64,000 nt of DNA from a phage. Both the position numbers and the translations under genes were made by a program. Within the stretch, counting starts at the first letter, position 1, and each line of letters begins with the position of its first letter. The stretch lies in the sequence record NC_129898.1; one strand, given 5' to 3'. A model generated the notes under the pieces. It saw nothing but the letters and a program-made list of their open reading frames with translations. It was not told the DNA's origin and did no database searches. Of this stretch, positions 1-9,114 are shown in pieces.

Positions 1-159
1 GATGATTATCTTCTCTCCTGAGGCGATATTACCTTGCACACTCACCGTTTGACCAACCTTGGATGTGCCAATCTTAGTGACTTCGAACATTACATCCCGA
101 ATTACCGTTGCATAATCGCCAGACACTTTCTTACCTTCTTTAGTGATCTCAATCTTCAT
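1..159 (-). CDS. hypothetical protein, N-terminal 53 codons only (gene runs off the window start)
   Basis: Open reverse frame from ATG at 159-157 with no stop to position 1; its ATG overlaps the TGA of the upstream gene (ATGA). Confidence 0.35.
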   Translation of the reverse strand, partial: MKIEITKEGKKVSGDYATVIRDVMFEVTKIGTSKVGQTVSVQGNIASGEKIII

Positions 160-395
160 ACACTGGGCTCCTTAAATGAATCTATGTAATCAATTAAATC
201 CCAAGCATCCCTATGACCTGTCAGAGGGTATACTTCTTCAAGAGGGATCATAGCAGTAAGTCTATCAAAAACCCAATCCGGACGCAACATCTTATGGTGA
301 TATTCCCACTCACCTTCTACAGACTTTTTCTGAGTGATCAGAATCTCTGTGTAGTGTTTTGCCTGTCTTGAGTAAATTGAAAATGACTTATACAT
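156..395 (-). CDS. hypothetical protein
   Basis: 79-aa ORF in the leftward operon; no recognisable motif. Confidence 0.45.
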   Translation of the reverse strand: MYKSFSIYSRQAKHYTEILITQKKSVEGEWEYHHKMLRPDWVFDRLTAMIPLEEVYPLTGHRDAWDLIDYIDSFKEPSV

Positions 396-432
396 AGATG
401 ACCCTCCCTCTTGTTGAAAACAAAATACACTA

Positions 433-717
433 CTACCAAGTCACTGTCAAGTAGGCAACCGTGTTATTTTTCTCCGGAGAGATGCCAACAACATCCACCT
501 GCAGACCTCCTGCCCTCAAATCTCCAACGATGTGTGGAAAGTAGTCTGAGAGGTGTGATGGGAGATTTATCGAAAATCCACATCCCAGAAAGCCTGCTAA
601 CGCTTTATTTTGTATATCCCCTACAATCGCATCATAAATAGAGTTAAGCTCGTCAGGAAGCGTTACAGGACGTTTTAGAGCTAACTGGTGCAACTTGTCC
701 TTAGCACTCATTTTCAT
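433..717 (-). CDS. hypothetical protein
   Basis: Track ORF 433-786 trimmed to the internal ATG at 717-715, which overlaps the methyltransferase stop (ATGA). Confidence 0.4.
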   Translation of the reverse strand: MKMSAKDKLHQLALKRPVTLPDELNSIYDAIVGDIQNKALAGFLGCGFSINLPSHLSDYFPHIVGDLRAGGLQVDVVGISPEKNNTVAYLTVTW

Positions 718-1247
718 TTCAAGTCTGCCTCTGGTGGTGCCAACCACATAAATGGCGGCAAGTCTAGACGGTTTTTCTTGTCCCATACAAAATATGCATA
801 TGCCTGCCCATCCGTTCTACCATTGGATTGGAATGACGGACGCTTAGATATTGTGATCACAGTGGTAGGTGCATTATCAAGCCACCATTCAAATCTGGCC
901 TTGCTTTCCAGAAAATTAAGACGCAAAAGCATAATAACTACATCGGCATCTTTCAACGCCTTGTCTACAAACTCACGAGCCAAGCTGTACGGTGGGTTGG
1001 TGATAATACAGTCAACATGGTTGTATTCTGTATTCAGATAGTCAACACCTTCTTGGATTTCTCCCCATGCAGATCCTAACGGCATACGGGAGTAGAACAC
1101 ACCTGAGGCACTATTCCTGCAAGGCTCTAAGTAAGTCCAGTCTTCTGGGAACGGAATAAGGTCATACAGCCCTTCTGCACACCACTCCGGTGTCACATAC
1201 TCATCGTAAGCGTTACGTTGTTCATCAGGTTTTCTAGCACAAGTCAT
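714..1247 (-). CDS. DNA methyltransferase (N6-adenine/N4-cytosine class, NPPY motif)
   Basis: Motif IV 'DCIITNPPYS' typical of amino-methyltransferases; no cognate restriction enzyme nearby. Confidence 0.65.
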   Translation of the reverse strand: MTCARKPDEQRNAYDEYVTPEWCAEGLYDLIPFPEDWTYLEPCRNSASGVFYSRMPLGSAWGEIQEGVDYLNTEYNHVDCIITNPPYSLAREFVDKALKDADVVIMLLRLNFLESKARFEWWLDNAPTTVITISKRPSFQSNGRTDGQAYAYFVWDKKNRLDLPPFMWLAPPEADLK

Positions 1248-1263
1248 GCAAATCTCCAGATCA

Positions 1264-1290
1264 TAAAAGCCCTCCGAAGAGGGCTTTAGG
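1264..1290 (-). terminator. terminator-like hairpin after the protease gene
   Basis: Minus-strand transcript AGCCCUC-uucg-GAGGGCU followed by UUUAU. Confidence 0.45.
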
Positions 1291-1298
1291 ATTAATGT

Positions 1299-2348
1299 TT
1301 AAGCTTCTTCGACAATTCCTGCGCCCAGGATTTTTTCATTGAGCTCTTTTGCTGTTTTAATAATATTGTCCACCAGACGCTTACGAGTCTTATCTTTCAC
1401 CTGAACTTCTTCTCCGCCGTTCAGGGTGGTTTTCAATTGGGACAAAATGTCCTGAAGCTCTACCACAGAGAATCGCTGCAGATCTTCCGAGGTAATCTCA
1501 CCCAGTGCAATCTTAACGGTCTCACCACTCTCCATCTGCAGATTCAGGAACACAGTGTGAACATCACCTTTCATACCATTTTCTTTTGCAGACTCAACAG
1601 CATGAACCAGCTCGTCCAAAGATGTGCATTGGTGAATCTCTGGCAGGCCTGCTTCGCCTAGCACACCTTCTTCATCACTTTTTGCCAAAAGCTTTTTCGG
1701 TTTCTGTCCATTCTGAATGCGCTGAATGTTTTCATCGTCCAGAATAATAGCACCAGTTCGAGATGCCAGCTCTTCTCCATCTAACCACACTTCGCCGCCA
1801 GCTGTGATGGATGCGATCTCATCTTCTGTTAGCACTCCACCGTAGTATTTTTCGATCAGGCGTTCAAAACGTTTCTTCCAGTAGTTGACCTGGGTATTCA
1901 TGTTCACACCGTTACCATAGGTGCCACCTTGATAATAGTGGAACATAAATTCTGTGTCCGGAGCCACAGTTCGTTCTTTGCAACCCATCCATAAGATTGT
2001 TCCTGCTGAACAGCACATCCCTTCAGCGTGTACAACAACGCTTGCCTGAGACTCGCGGAATGCCTGCAAATACGCCATAGCAATGTGAACGCAACCACCA
2101 GGGCTGTTAATGATTACACGGATACTTTCTTCTGGCTGAGCCATACGAATCGTCTGTAGACGAGACATATGATCTTGCAGGTCGTCCAAATCGTCAATAT
2201 AAAGAACGTGGTCAACAACAGGTGTTGGGTAGCTGTATGTTTCCATAATACCACCCGGCATACCAAACATTTTGTTACTCATAGGTTCGAAACCGTTCTG
2301 TTTTTCTTTCATGCCGTGTACCATGGTGCTGCGAGGTGTTAAATTCAT
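1299..2348 (-). CDS. ClpP/S49-like serine protease with C-terminal extension
   Basis: 'IINSPGGCV' ClpP-type motif and 'MCCSAGT' serine region; about 120 extra C-terminal residues. Confidence 0.65.
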   Translation of the reverse strand: MNLTPRSTMVHGMKEKQNGFEPMSNKMFGMPGGIMETYSYPTPVVDHVLYIDDLDDLQDHMSRLQTIRMAQPEESIRVIINSPGGCVHIAMAYLQAFRESQASVVVHAEGMCCSAGTILWMGCKERTVAPDTEFMFHYYQGGTYGNGVNMNTQVNYWKKRFERLIEKYYGGVLTEDEIASITAGGEVWLDGEELASRTGAIILDDENIQRIQNGQKPKKLLAKSDEEGVLGEAGLPEIHQCTSLDELVHAVESAKENGMKGDVHTVFLNLQMESGETVKIALGEITSEDLQRFSVVELQDILSQLKTTLNGGEEVQVKDKTRKRLVDNIIKTAKELNEKILGAGIVEEA

Positions 2349-2408
2349 GAGAAATCCTTAATATTGGAAGTTGAAAGCTATTTATTTAAACCTGATTCAC
2401 ATTTACCT

Positions 2409-2720
2409 TTATTTAGCAATCACTATAGAATACTTACGATTGTCAGAAGCATCACAGCTCAATGATTGCCAGTCTACCACATACCACGTATCATTGTCAA
2501 CAATTACTTTATCGCCTGTTCTGTAGCAGGTGCTGCTTTCAATAATCCTAGACTCGATAAAGAATCTGTGTCGGCGCTCACGTAGCAACGCTAAGTTGAT
2601 TATATTACCACCACTGTCCTTGGTCCACACATTCTTGGATCCTTTATTTGCCAAAATTGTCTCGCCGTTATATACAAACAGGCAGTATATTTTATTCAGT
2701 CTCTCTTGTATTGTAGCCAT
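2409..2720 (-). CDS. hypothetical protein
   Basis: Track ORF trimmed to the ATG at 2720 (AAGGAG RBS upstream); the track start at 2768 lies upstream of a predicted promoter. Confidence 0.4.
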   Translation of the reverse strand: MATIQERLNKIYCLFVYNGETILANKGSKNVWTKDSGGNIINLALLRERRHRFFIESRIIESSTCYRTGDKVIVDNDTWYVVDWQSLSCDASDNRKYSIVIAK

Positions 2721-2750
2721 ACTGTGTCCTTCTCCTTGTTTTGTCCAGTA

Positions 2751-2779
2751 ATAATATCTAAAGCTCACCTGTTTGTCAA
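2751..2779 (-). promoter_or_regulatory. sigma70-like promoter on the minus strand (TTGACA-17-TATTAT)
   Basis: Read on the reverse complement; downstream of a terminator-like hairpin at 2786-2815. Confidence 0.4.
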
Positions 2780-2823
2780 CAACTGTTTTAGATATTTAAG
2801 GGTGGAATAACCACCCTTCTGTA

Positions 2824-3612
2824 TTACTCGGAAACAGGAGTCCAAATATGATTTGCACGATCCTCAATAAGATTGAGTGCAATCTGACGGCCTAACCCGG
2901 AACGAACGACATCGTCTGGACTATCAAAGCTAATCATTCCAACCTCAGGATCTGGATGACGCGTAAAGAAATCTGTCACCCATGCAAGGCCAGATTTACC
3001 AGGGATGTCACGTTGGCTGTTATCGCCCATAATTACAAGGGTGGCCTGATCAGAGATCCTTGTGATAATTGACAACATTTCTTCAGGATTGGTTTGCTGT
3101 GCTTCATCAATAAGGACAAAGCATCGTTCATCAAAACTACGACCACGAATGCTTTCAACCTCACAAATCTCGATACGGCTGTTCTGACCGTCTCCAAGCA
3201 TTGCTGCAAAAGCACCTTTGCCAACACGACGACAAATCGTGTCCATCATGCTTCTAAGATAGGGCCACAGTTTCTGCATTGCATTTCCAGGTTTAAATCC
3301 TGAAGTCTTTCCTGTCTGAACGTAAGGGCGTGCAACAATGATCTTATCAATCTCGTTCTTGCGCAGAAGATCCCCTGCATATGCAGATGCCATGAATGTC
3401 TTACCGGATCCAAACACACCGTTTACAATGATAATCTTACGCGACCCTAGATAATCAAGATACTTTTGCTGCTTTTTATTCATTGGTCGGAGAGCTGGAG
3501 CGGTGTGCTCTCGTTCGTCAGCAAATTTTTCAGCAGCCTTACGCAGGCGATCAGATTTGCGAGCCTCTCTAGCTTCATCACGCATGCGTTTTGTTTCTTT
3601 AGCTCGACCCAT
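2824..3612 (-). CDS. phoH: PhoH-like ATPase
   Basis: Walker A 'GVFGSGKT', Walker B 'VLIDEAQ' and PhoH-typical C-terminal region. Confidence 0.85.
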   Translation of the reverse strand: MGRAKETKRMRDEAREARKSDRLRKAAEKFADEREHTAPALRPMNKKQQKYLDYLGSRKIIIVNGVFGSGKTFMASAYAGDLLRKNEIDKIIVARPYVQTGKTSGFKPGNAMQKLWPYLRSMMDTICRRVGKGAFAAMLGDGQNSRIEICEVESIRGRSFDERCFVLIDEAQQTNPEEMLSIITRISDQATLVIMGDNSQRDIPGKSGLAWVTDFFTRHPDPEVGMISFDSPDDVVRSGLGRQIALNLIEDRANHIWTPVSE

Positions 3613-3650
3613 GTTGGGACTCCTTTCAGATTGAGATGTGCCAAGTACTT

Positions 3651-4001
3651 TTACTGCAATAGTTTTTCAATAGCCGCTTCCATGCTGCTTGCAACAGCCT
3701 GAACTCGGATATTCATCTCTTCTTGGTGGATCAGCTCCTTAAGCTCTTTAATGGTAAATTCTTTAGAGAAACCTTCTACCATAATCTTGTGTAAGGCTTC
3801 TTGCGTGTCTACCTGCAAGAACTTTTCCAGTTTGTTGGCAGAGGCTTCTAAATCAGCCCGAATACGAGGGTCATCTGTGCGATTCAGCATCAGGCGTAAG
3901 CCATCAAGATTAGTAGAAATAGCGTCTGCATGTTGAGTAACTAATCGTGGCAAAATGAGATCTACAAACTTATTAGCCAAATCGATACGTTCTTGTGTCA
4001 C
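3651..4001 (-). CDS. hypothetical protein
   Basis: 116-aa ORF starting at GTG; its start overlaps the stop of the small upstream ORF. Confidence 0.45.
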   Translation of the reverse strand: MTQERIDLANKFVDLILPRLVTQHADAISTNLDGLRLMLNRTDDPRIRADLEASANKLEKFLQVDTQEALHKIMVEGFSKEFTIKELKELIHQEEMNIRVQAVASSMEAAIEKLLQ

Positions 4002-4111
4002 TGTTGCACCCCCTCTTCATCCTCATGATGTTTCTTTTCACGCTTGTGTTTTTTCTTAAGCTCAAGCGCAATCTCTTTTTTGTACGCCTTCTTCAAGGCC
4101 TTTTTAGCCAT
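3998..4111 (-). CDS. small lysine-rich basic protein (37 aa)
   Basis: Own translation MAKKALKKAYKKEIALELKKKHKREKKHHEDEEGVQQ; strong RBS (AGAGGAGGTG) and promoter-like TTGACA-18-TATAAT just upstream; below the track size cut-off. Confidence 0.3.
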   Translation of the reverse strand: MAKKALKKAYKKEIALELKKKHKREKKHHEDEEGVQQ

Positions 4112-4140
4112 TTGGCACCTCCTCTGCTTTCATTACGCTA

Positions 4141-4170
4141 ATTATAACCAACTTAACAAGACTTTGTCAA
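4141..4170 (-). promoter_or_regulatory. sigma70-like promoter on the minus strand (TTGACA-18-TATAAT)
   Basis: Read on the reverse complement, upstream of the small basic ORF. Confidence 0.4.
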
Positions 4171-4173
4171 CAA

Positions 4174-4647
4174 TTAGTCAACCTGAACCCAACCGCCTGC
4201 TACCTTTTTAAACATTCTTTGGTTATCACTGCCTCGGAATGGTTTCTTGGTTGGTAAATCTTTTACATACTTTCCATCAATGACGATATCAGCCAGTTTA
4301 AGAACATCACTAGAGATATGCTCAAATGTGAACCCAGTATACACAAGAATAGTTTTCTTGTCACCAAACTTTTCCTTAATTCTCCTCATAAGGTTGATAA
4401 TATCTGGCTCATTATAAGTAGCCAAAGGCTCTCCACCAAGTAAAGAAATACCGCATACAGATTCATTGTCTAAATCCAACAAAATTTTCTGCAAATCTTC
4501 TTCGGTGAACTCTCTTCCTTTATCTTTTGACCAAAATGCTTGATTAAAGCAACTGGGACAAGCGTGTGGGCACCCAGATACCCACAAAGCTGTCCTAATA
4601 CCTGGCCCCTCGGTGTAAGATATCTCTGTATACCCGACAATATTCAT
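4174..4647 (-). CDS. nrdG: anaerobic ribonucleotide reductase activating protein (radical SAM)
   Basis: 'GCPHACPSC' CxxxCxxC cluster; N-terminus aligns with NrdG when started at the ATG at 4647 rather than the track start at 4665. Confidence 0.8.
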   Translation of the reverse strand: MNIVGYTEISYTEGPGIRTALWVSGCPHACPSCFNQAFWSKDKGREFTEEDLQKILLDLDNESVCGISLLGGEPLATYNEPDIINLMRRIKEKFGDKKTILVYTGFTFEHISSDVLKLADIVIDGKYVKDLPTKKPFRGSDNQRMFKKVAGGWVQVD

Positions 4648-4760
4648 ACATACTCCGCATCGCATTTAGGACAATGCCAAATAAAATCGTCCAGTGCCTT
4701 ACACCAACGAAGATTGCAATGACAACCACACTTGCAAATTTTATAAATACCTGTAGACAT
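4644..4760 (-). CDS. small cysteine-rich (zinc-ribbon-like) protein, 38 aa
   Basis: Own translation MSTGIYKICKCGCHCNLRWCKALDDFIWHCPKCDAEYV; AGGAGGTG RBS; stop overlaps the nrdG ATG (ATGA); not in the track. Confidence 0.35.
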   Translation of the reverse strand: MSTGIYKICKCGCHCNLRWCKALDDFIWHCPKCDAEYV

Positions 4761-4823
4761 GCTGCACCTCCTAGTTTACTGTGTGACAACAATATGCAAC
4801 ATCCTTGTGACTTTTGTCAAGTA

Positions 4824-5786
4824 TCAGCAACCACAACTTCCGTAGTGCTTAACCCGTTCTATAACCTCCGCTTGCTTACCTTTATTGTAAGGACGGGAGT
4901 TTGGACTGGACAGATACCCGGATACACGTCTAATCACACTGATCGTTCCCTCTTCATGGTTTCCACACTCTGGGCATACAAAGCCTTTAGCTGTTGCACT
5001 GAACTCACCAGAGAATCCACACTTAAGACATTTATCCACAGGCTGGTTAATACCAAAATACATAATGTGTTTATATCCGAAATCAACAAGAGCTTCCAAA
5101 GCATCTAAGTTGTTTTTCAGATTTGGTGTCTCTATGTACCCAATGTTGCCACCAGAGGAGATCATAGCAAAACCTTCCTCATACTTCCACTTATCAAAAG
5201 GCGAGCTATTGATCCATACTGGCTGATGGAAACTGTTGGTGAGGTATTCATGCTCGTGCTTCAACACTTCTGGGTATTCACGATCCAGACAGGTTGCAGC
5301 TTTATAGCATAAACTCTCAGAAGGTGTGCCGTACAAGCTAAATGCTAGTCCACTTTCCTTCTTGTATCGCTCACAAGCATCTTTCATGTGCTGAAGGATT
5401 CCAAGAGCTAAAGCCTTGTCACCCTCTCTGCCCAAAATCTGACAGGTTTCATACACACCAATATACCCAATACTGATGGAAGCGTACCCGTCATAGAAGA
5501 GTTTATCGATACTCTCTTCAGGATCCAGGCTAGCAAGAGCTCCTTCACACCACATGATAGGGTTATGCCCTGCCTTTGTTCCTTTTAGACGGTTAACTCT
5601 TACAAGGTGAGCCTCATATGCCAAATCCAAATATTCGTCAAGAACTGCAAAGAAATCAACACCTTCCGTTTTAGCTTTTGCCGCAATCATTGGTAGGTTA
5701 AGGCTAACAACACCCAAGTTGAATCTGCCAAGGTATTTCTCCTCGCCTGTTACAGGGTCGCTATATTTCGATAAGAAACTTCTACA
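4824..5786 (-). CDS. nrdD: anaerobic ribonucleotide reductase, exon 2 (C-terminal part)
   Basis: Begins 'CRSFLS'; C-terminal zinc ribbon CLKC...CPEC and glycyl-radical motif 'RVSGYL'; in frame with exon 1 after removing 5787-6548. Confidence 0.7.
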   Translation of the reverse strand, partial: CRSFLSKYSDPVTGEEKYLGRFNLGVVSLNLPMIAAKAKTEGVDFFAVLDEYLDLAYEAHLVRVNRLKGTKAGHNPIMWCEGALASLDPEESIDKLFYDGYASISIGYIGVYETCQILGREGDKALALGILQHMKDACERYKKESGLAFSLYGTPSESLCYKAATCLDREYPEVLKHEHEYLTNSFHQPVWINSSPFDKWKYEEGFAMISSGGNIGYIETPNLKNNLDALEALVDFGYKHIMYFGINQPVDKCLKCGFSGEFSATAKGFVCPECGNHEEGTISVIRRVSGYLSSPNSRPYNKGKQAEVIERVKHYGSCGC

Positions 5787-6548
5787 CATTATGTTCAAGG
5801 TGGTTCGCAAGGCCACCCCCGCACCATTACGTGCTGCTGCATGTCCCCATGCAGATCAGACTATATCTTCACACTTAGTGTGTCTACCATTTCGAGTGTC
5901 ATCAGCTTACACCCTACACCGCTACATTCATCACGGTTAGTCGTTAGGCATTTCGTAACAGAACTCGTAATCATAGTTATTAGGTGCACCACGTTTCAGG
6001 ATAGCAGATATTCTTTTTCTATCTATTCCTAAAACATCAGCACAACATCTCAGACTCTTAAAGTGAATAACCACACCAGTTAATTTGTGGGTGGCTTTCA
6101 CCCCGTGACATCTTGTGTAAAAAGCATAACAGTTGTTGTCGTATCCTTCTTGAGTATTGTCTGGGCAAGCTCCCCACTCAAGGTTGTATACGCTGTTATC
6201 TTTCCTGTTGTCACCTTTGTGCTTAACATATGGTAAATTGTCTGGATTTGGTAAAAACGCTTCAGCAACAAGTCTGTGAACCCTTAGGCAAACAGTCTTT
6301 TTGTTCTTGCGTATCCTGACAAGACGGTAACCTGTGTTTATCTCTTCCCACGAATGAATAATTCTTTCATTTTCGTATCGGGTGCAATAAACATTGCCCA
6401 TCTCGTCAATTTCATAACCTTCAAAATCACGAATTTGTTTTCTCATTTCAGGACTCCTCTTAGTCAGGAGTTCTGTTACGTTTAGCACGGGATTGTCCGT
6501 TCTGGAGTTTCCCCGTTTAGATAGATTTTACATGAGCAGTTATAGTTT
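5787..6548 (-). mobile_element. group I intron in nrdD carrying an HNH homing endonuclease ORF
   Basis: Exon 1 ends in U (..AUGGGU) with a complementary guide 'GCUCAU' 11 nt into the insert; 'AAGAUAUAGUCU' resembles the group I core S element; hairpin CUGCAUG-GGGA-CAUGCAG; insert ends in G; splicing joins SMG to CRSFL in frame. Confidence 0.6.
5937..6446 (-). CDS. HNH homing endonuclease (intron-encoded)
   Basis: HNH-type region 'VHRLVAEAF...HKGDNRKDNSVYNLEW'; AAGAGGAG RBS before the ATG at 6446. Confidence 0.75.
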   Translation of the reverse strand: MRKQIRDFEGYEIDEMGNVYCTRYENERIIHSWEEINTGYRLVRIRKNKKTVCLRVHRLVAEAFLPNPDNLPYVKHKGDNRKDNSVYNLEWGACPDNTQEGYDNNCYAFYTRCHGVKATHKLTGVVIHFKSLRCCADVLGIDRKRISAILKRGAPNNYDYEFCYEMPND

Positions 6549-7709
6549 ACCCATGCTTGTTACTTTGCCGTCTGTTGAACCTGTCACTTTACGATTTAGT
6601 GGAACAGAAACAAAGTCAGGATAAATCCGCTCTGCAGAGCATTCTAGAGCCAATCGTTTCAAATCGTAGTTAGGATCCCCAGGGTTCATGTTGACACCCT
6701 CCTCTAAGAAGAACAGCACTTTAGGAAACACAGGGGTGATCCGTTCTTCACCAAGACCCATTTTGTGGACTTTCAAGTAGTTTTTGGTAATCATTCTACC
6801 AAAGACCGAGGTATCCAGTCCTAAACTTAATGTGATGAATGGAGTTTGCCCGTTGACAGAAGTTAACGTATTGATTTGGTAGAGCAAAGTTTGCATACTA
6901 TCAAACACGTCTTTATCTGTCATTTGCATTGCAACAGTCTCAGCATCTGGCAACCAATGCTCCTGACAAAATTTAAGGTTCTTCTCATAGGTTGCTTCAG
7001 CATACTGTGCCAGATAATGATCAATATGGCTCATGGTTTGACCACCATATTGAGCACTAGCTACTGCACTAGAGATTTGGCTAAGGATTGTTGTTGCAAC
7101 CCCTATTGACTTCGGCTTACTGACATGGGCGTTGCCAATGTTGAATCCGTTTTCCAGCATATCCGGATAATTTACCAAACAACAGTTTGTTAACGGACTG
7201 ATCAGGTAGTCAAGATCATGCACATGGATGAAGCCTTTGTTGTGCTCTTCGGAGACACGGTCTGGCAGGATCTGTGTTGATGCAAGATGTTTGCTAAGGA
7301 TGCCTGCAAGCAGGTCACGATGAGTGTGTACATGATTAGTAGGCTTATTTGCGTTTTCTTTTGTAAATTCATCACAAGTACGATCCAAGAAGCCACTAAT
7401 ATCTGCAAGCAGTTTTCCACCTGCCTCTCTGTTATTATCTCTTGTCTGTCTATACTGGATGTATTCTCTGGCTGCACATTTTAAACCCATATCCATAAGA
7501 GCATCTTCAACAAGGATATGGATATTTTTTACAGAGATCGTGCACTGGTCGGTTGGCAGATTGTTGGCAACAACTTCATTAACCGCACAGGCAATCCGGT
7601 AAGCTTCTTCTTCAGTATGTCCAGACTCAAGTAAGGCGGACTCTGCCGCCTTGATCACCTTAATTCCGTTATAAAACTCTTCTCTACCGTCCCGTTTTAC
7701 AACTTTCAC
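6549..7709 (-). CDS. nrdD: anaerobic ribonucleotide reductase, exon 1 (N-terminal part with ATP cone)
   Basis: ATP-cone-like N-terminus (VKRDGREEF...); the track ORF continues 3 codons into the intron before a stop. Confidence 0.7.
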
Positions 7710-7984
7710 TTTTTCTCTCCAAAACCATTCTTAACAAAAGAGATGAAATCGTCAGCACCACCTATGTGGATACTGTCAAGGTTGCTTTCCAAGAAGATCT
7801 GAGGCAACGTTCTGGGAACAAATGGGCTACACTTCTCGATAAGCTCTTCTTTTGTGTATCCCTCACCTAGCGTCTTGTATACGAAAGGTATGCCTTTGCT
7901 GACTGCAAATTCTTTTGCTCTTACACAATGTGGGCAGTTATCCTTGCCGTAAATGATGATGAAAAAAGATTTTTCGCAGCTCAT
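7706..7984 (-). CDS. glutaredoxin/NrdH-like redoxin
   Basis: 92 aa with a CPHC active site in a thioredoxin-fold context, next to the nrd genes. Confidence 0.6.
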   Translation of the reverse strand: MSCEKSFFIIIYGKDNCPHCVRAKEFAVSKGIPFVYKTLGEGYTKEELIEKCSPFVPRTLPQIFLESNLDSIHIGGADDFISFVKNGFGEKK

Positions 7985-7987
7985 ATA

Positions 7988-9076
7988 TTAAAACTCCCAA
8001 ATTTCTTCTTCAGCGTCGTTAACGGTTGTGTTGACGCGGTAGTCGGTGTTAGACATTTCCTGGTTAGCCGTCTGTTGCAGTGAAGGTTTCATCCACACCT
8101 GCATAAACGGTAGCGGGTCCTTTGTTGGCGGCACAAAGTCTTTGTCGATGTCGTAATAATCATAAATCGGTGAGCAGTTATAGTCAACCCATTCTTTAAG
8201 CAACGGGGAATTAAGACCTATAATCGCTCTTCCTTCGCTGAAAATATAGTCACTCCAACCGTACTCCTTGGTCCGCACTTCGTCAAGAATTTCTTTTAAC
8301 TCACCCTTAATCTCAAGAAAGCTTTGCTCCCATGCAGGATCATCAAGCAGGATATCGATGATAGCAAAATCACCTTTCGAATGCAGCATTTCATCAAGCA
8401 TAATTTTTTGAACAAGTTGTGCCACTTGAACAAAAATACCTTGCTCAGCTACTGCGAACGTACATGCAAAACTTGCAATAAACTCAATACTTTCTAGAGC
8501 TAAAAGTGCAAAAAGTGCTCTAAGGATACATTTCCGTACAACATCTTCTTCAACACTGGAAGGATCCAGTCGGTATTTTGCACCAATAACCTCAAGCTCT
8601 TGCATATATTTGACAATAACTCCAGATCTGCTCAGCACGTTCTGGTTTTCCTGAATCTCTTCTATAATCTCGCGAGCATTAGGAAGGCATTGTCTAACAA
8701 TCTCTGAGTAAGTTAGTGCATGAAGAACCTCAATCTCAGACTGCTTCATCAACAAGGTGAAAAGCTCACTGTTGGTGATAAATGGTGAAAACAGACAAAT
8801 GATAGATCTTGCTGCAACACTGTCTGCCTCCCATTGCCACATCAGTGTCTGCACCATCACATCGTAAGTTGACTTTGAGCATGTTACGAAATCAGAAATA
8901 GACTGTGACAAATCTACTTCGTCCTCTGCCCAATCTTGTTCTTTTTGTTTTTTGTATAGTTCAAACAGCTGTGGATACTTTTTGTTAATAGAGTCGTACA
9001 TCCCCATCTGCTGTCCTAGAAACAGCGGATAATCACCAGTTTTATGAGCAGTGTTCTCAGTATTAAATACGGACAT
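7988..9076 (-). CDS. nrdB: ribonucleotide reductase small subunit (class Ia)
   Basis: Ferritin-like protein of the right size immediately downstream of nrdA. Confidence 0.8.
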   Translation of the reverse strand: MSVFNTENTAHKTGDYPLFLGQQMGMYDSINKKYPQLFELYKKQKEQDWAEDEVDLSQSISDFVTCSKSTYDVMVQTLMWQWEADSVAARSIICLFSPFITNSELFTLLMKQSEIEVLHALTYSEIVRQCLPNAREIIEEIQENQNVLSRSGVIVKYMQELEVIGAKYRLDPSSVEEDVVRKCILRALFALLALESIEFIASFACTFAVAEQGIFVQVAQLVQKIMLDEMLHSKGDFAIIDILLDDPAWEQSFLEIKGELKEILDEVRTKEYGWSDYIFSEGRAIIGLNSPLLKEWVDYNCSPIYDYYDIDKDFVPPTKDPLPFMQVWMKPSLQQTANQEMSNTDYRVNTTVNDAEEEIWEF

Positions 9077-9082
9077 TATTCT

Positions 9083-9110
9083 ACCTCTAAAATGGGGCCG
9101 AAGCCCCTTT
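9083..9110 (-). other. intercistronic hairpin between nrdA and nrdB
   Basis: GGGGC-uucg-GCCCC hairpin with a weak U-tract on the minus-strand transcript. Confidence 0.4.
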
Positions 9111-9114
9111 TAAA

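Noticed and set aside
4647-5816. Track start codons for nrdG (4665) and the nrdD C-terminal ORF (5816)
   Set aside because: The nrdG N-terminus aligns with known NrdG only from the ATG at 4647; the first 10 codons of the nrdD C-terminal ORF (from a GTG) lie inside the predicted intron and are removed by splicing.
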